A DNA stretch of 64,000 nt, taken from contig JAMWBK010000001.1 in assembly GCA_029953675.1 (NCBI GenBank), positions 1,736,001 through 1,800,000 on the forward strand, in the 5' to 3' direction. Both the position numbers and the translations under genes were made by a program. Positions 62,606-64,000 of the stretch are shown here, piece by piece. Below the pieces are notes generated by a model. It saw only the letters and a list, made by a program, of their open reading frames with translations, had not been told where the DNA came from and ran no database searches. Every line of letters begins with the position of its first letter. Within the stretch, counting starts at the first letter, position 1. This stretch comes from Rhodosorus marinus CCMP1338. Its lineage: Eukaryota > Plantae > Rhodophyta.

Positions 62606-64000
62606 TTAGAGCGGATACAGTACCGCCGCGCTGTTCAACCCAGCCTTGTTCTTCGGGAAGTAGGATCCGACCAGCTCGGGGATTTCTATTTCACCACGGG
62701 AGAGTTTGTCAATCTTCTGCATAAGGTCGTAGTTGATTTCTTCCGTGACTCTAGAATCTTTTCTATACGAAGGGTGTGTCTCCACAAAGTGGCGCATCCA
62801 CTTGGCTGTTGTCCAGAGCGTTCCCTACAACGGATCATAAGGTGGGGTTAAAAAAAACACGCTATTCTTTTCTGTTCTGAGCGCTGCCCTTCTATGTCAC
62901 CCGTTCAAGATGCTACAAACACCAAACGAGCTGGATGAGATTGTTTCTCCTATTATGTGCATCCACTCACGTTCGCCTTATCCGAGACAAAATCGAGGTA
63001 AATCCCAATCTTTGAAATGATTTCCTGATTGTCCGCGTGCGTCCCTAGAGCATGCAGATACGTCCGAATGAGAGGGATGAATCCCGGAAACGCAAAGTTG
63101 CAGTTTGGCCCGGATAAGTTCGTTCCGTTAAATATCTCATCCAGCGTCATCAGTTCAAGTGCTTCTGCGGGTAAACCGCAATCGTCAAACTCTGAAGGCC
63201 AAGAGAACTGAAATCACAAATTGCAAACGCGAATATCACGAAGATAACAAACGGATTAAAACAAAACAAGCACTAGGTCCAGTTTTTTGGGGGGTGGTCA
63301 GTGATCCATACCTTCGGGACATGCACATGACCACAGCAGCAAACGAAGCTAGGAACCTTATGCGGACCCTCTCCGAATATGTTTCTTCTAAAATAGAACC
63401 TGCCCGATTCAGCAGCATTCCTTTCGTGCGCGATCTGCATGTTTTCGTCGACTTTAGATATAGGCATGTACAGGTTCAGATCGAAGGCAATAATAACCCT
63501 TGACAGGAGCACGATGAATATGCTGAAGGCCGCGTTCTCAAAATCCGTGAATTGTACCTGGTCGCGGATAGAAACGCGATCGAAGAAGTCAGTAGTGGCT
63601 GCTCCCCAATGTCAGGTTGTCGCGTACACTGGACATACCTCCATACTCCTGAACTCAGTTCTCCAGCCGATGTCTGAATCAGGTGGGGGTGGCTTAAAAC
63701 GTACTGTATTCCAGTTAGTAGACTGTATGTTCTCAAAGTGGCCCATGTCAGTTTCGTTGTCCTGCGCCAGATGATCTTCGAAAATAACCAGTGGATCTCG
63801 AATAAACAAATGAGCAATGTGCTGGGCGAGCAGATCATCAACACCTGGCACAGAAACAGTTCGATCAGCGGCTAACTCAAGGTAAGGAGGACAGTACGGA
63901 CATTCATCCCTGTAGCTGCCCATACAGAATTCAACTGCGCTTGTAAGTGTCCATCTTACCTCCGTCCCGCAGTCTCTTGTATGCGTTCTCGTCCACTGCG
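62606..64000 (-). CDS. GCLC: Glutamate-cysteine ligase catalytic subunit (animal/fungal-type), 3' part, multi-exon
   Basis: [66 protein letters not shown] and [11 protein letters not shown]. The gene runs off the window end. Confidence 0.95.

Noticed and set aside
1-64000. tRNA, rRNA, snRNA genes and CRISPR arrays
   Set aside because: No convincing T-loop/cloverleaf, rRNA, snRNA or repeat-spacer pattern was seen by eye. tRNAscan-SE and Infernal would be needed to exclude them.

Overview
Gene-dense eukaryotic nuclear DNA with short GT-AG introns (about 70-200 nt), AT-rich intergenic gaps carrying poly-G/poly-C runs and microsatellites, and several decayed Ty3/gypsy retrotransposon relics. It is most consistent with a red alga; this is inferred from the CpcE-like phycobilin lyase and MxxAFV-type plastid presequences. 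About 20 intron-containing genes can be rebuilt. Recognisable ones: glycerate kinase, Sua5, JMJD5-like JmjC protein, a bacterial-type membrane-anchored metzincin, two alpha/beta hydrolases, a BRUTUS-like hemerythrin/CHY/RING ligase, an ARM protein, mitochondrial uL6, a PH-CAMK-like kinase, MMAB, SNM1, APC5, an RbgA GTPase, DUF599, an R3H/G-patch protein and a partial GCLC. The two strongest surprises are (1) a probably plastid-targeted, spliced gene combining a CHC2-like zinc finger with a plasmid RepB'-type primase domain (13122-15241) and (2) a J-domain (DnaJ) fused to a full CpcE-like phycocyanobilin lyase subunit (44489-46116). All family assignments come from motifs read by eye and consensus sequences recalled from memory; no searches were run.
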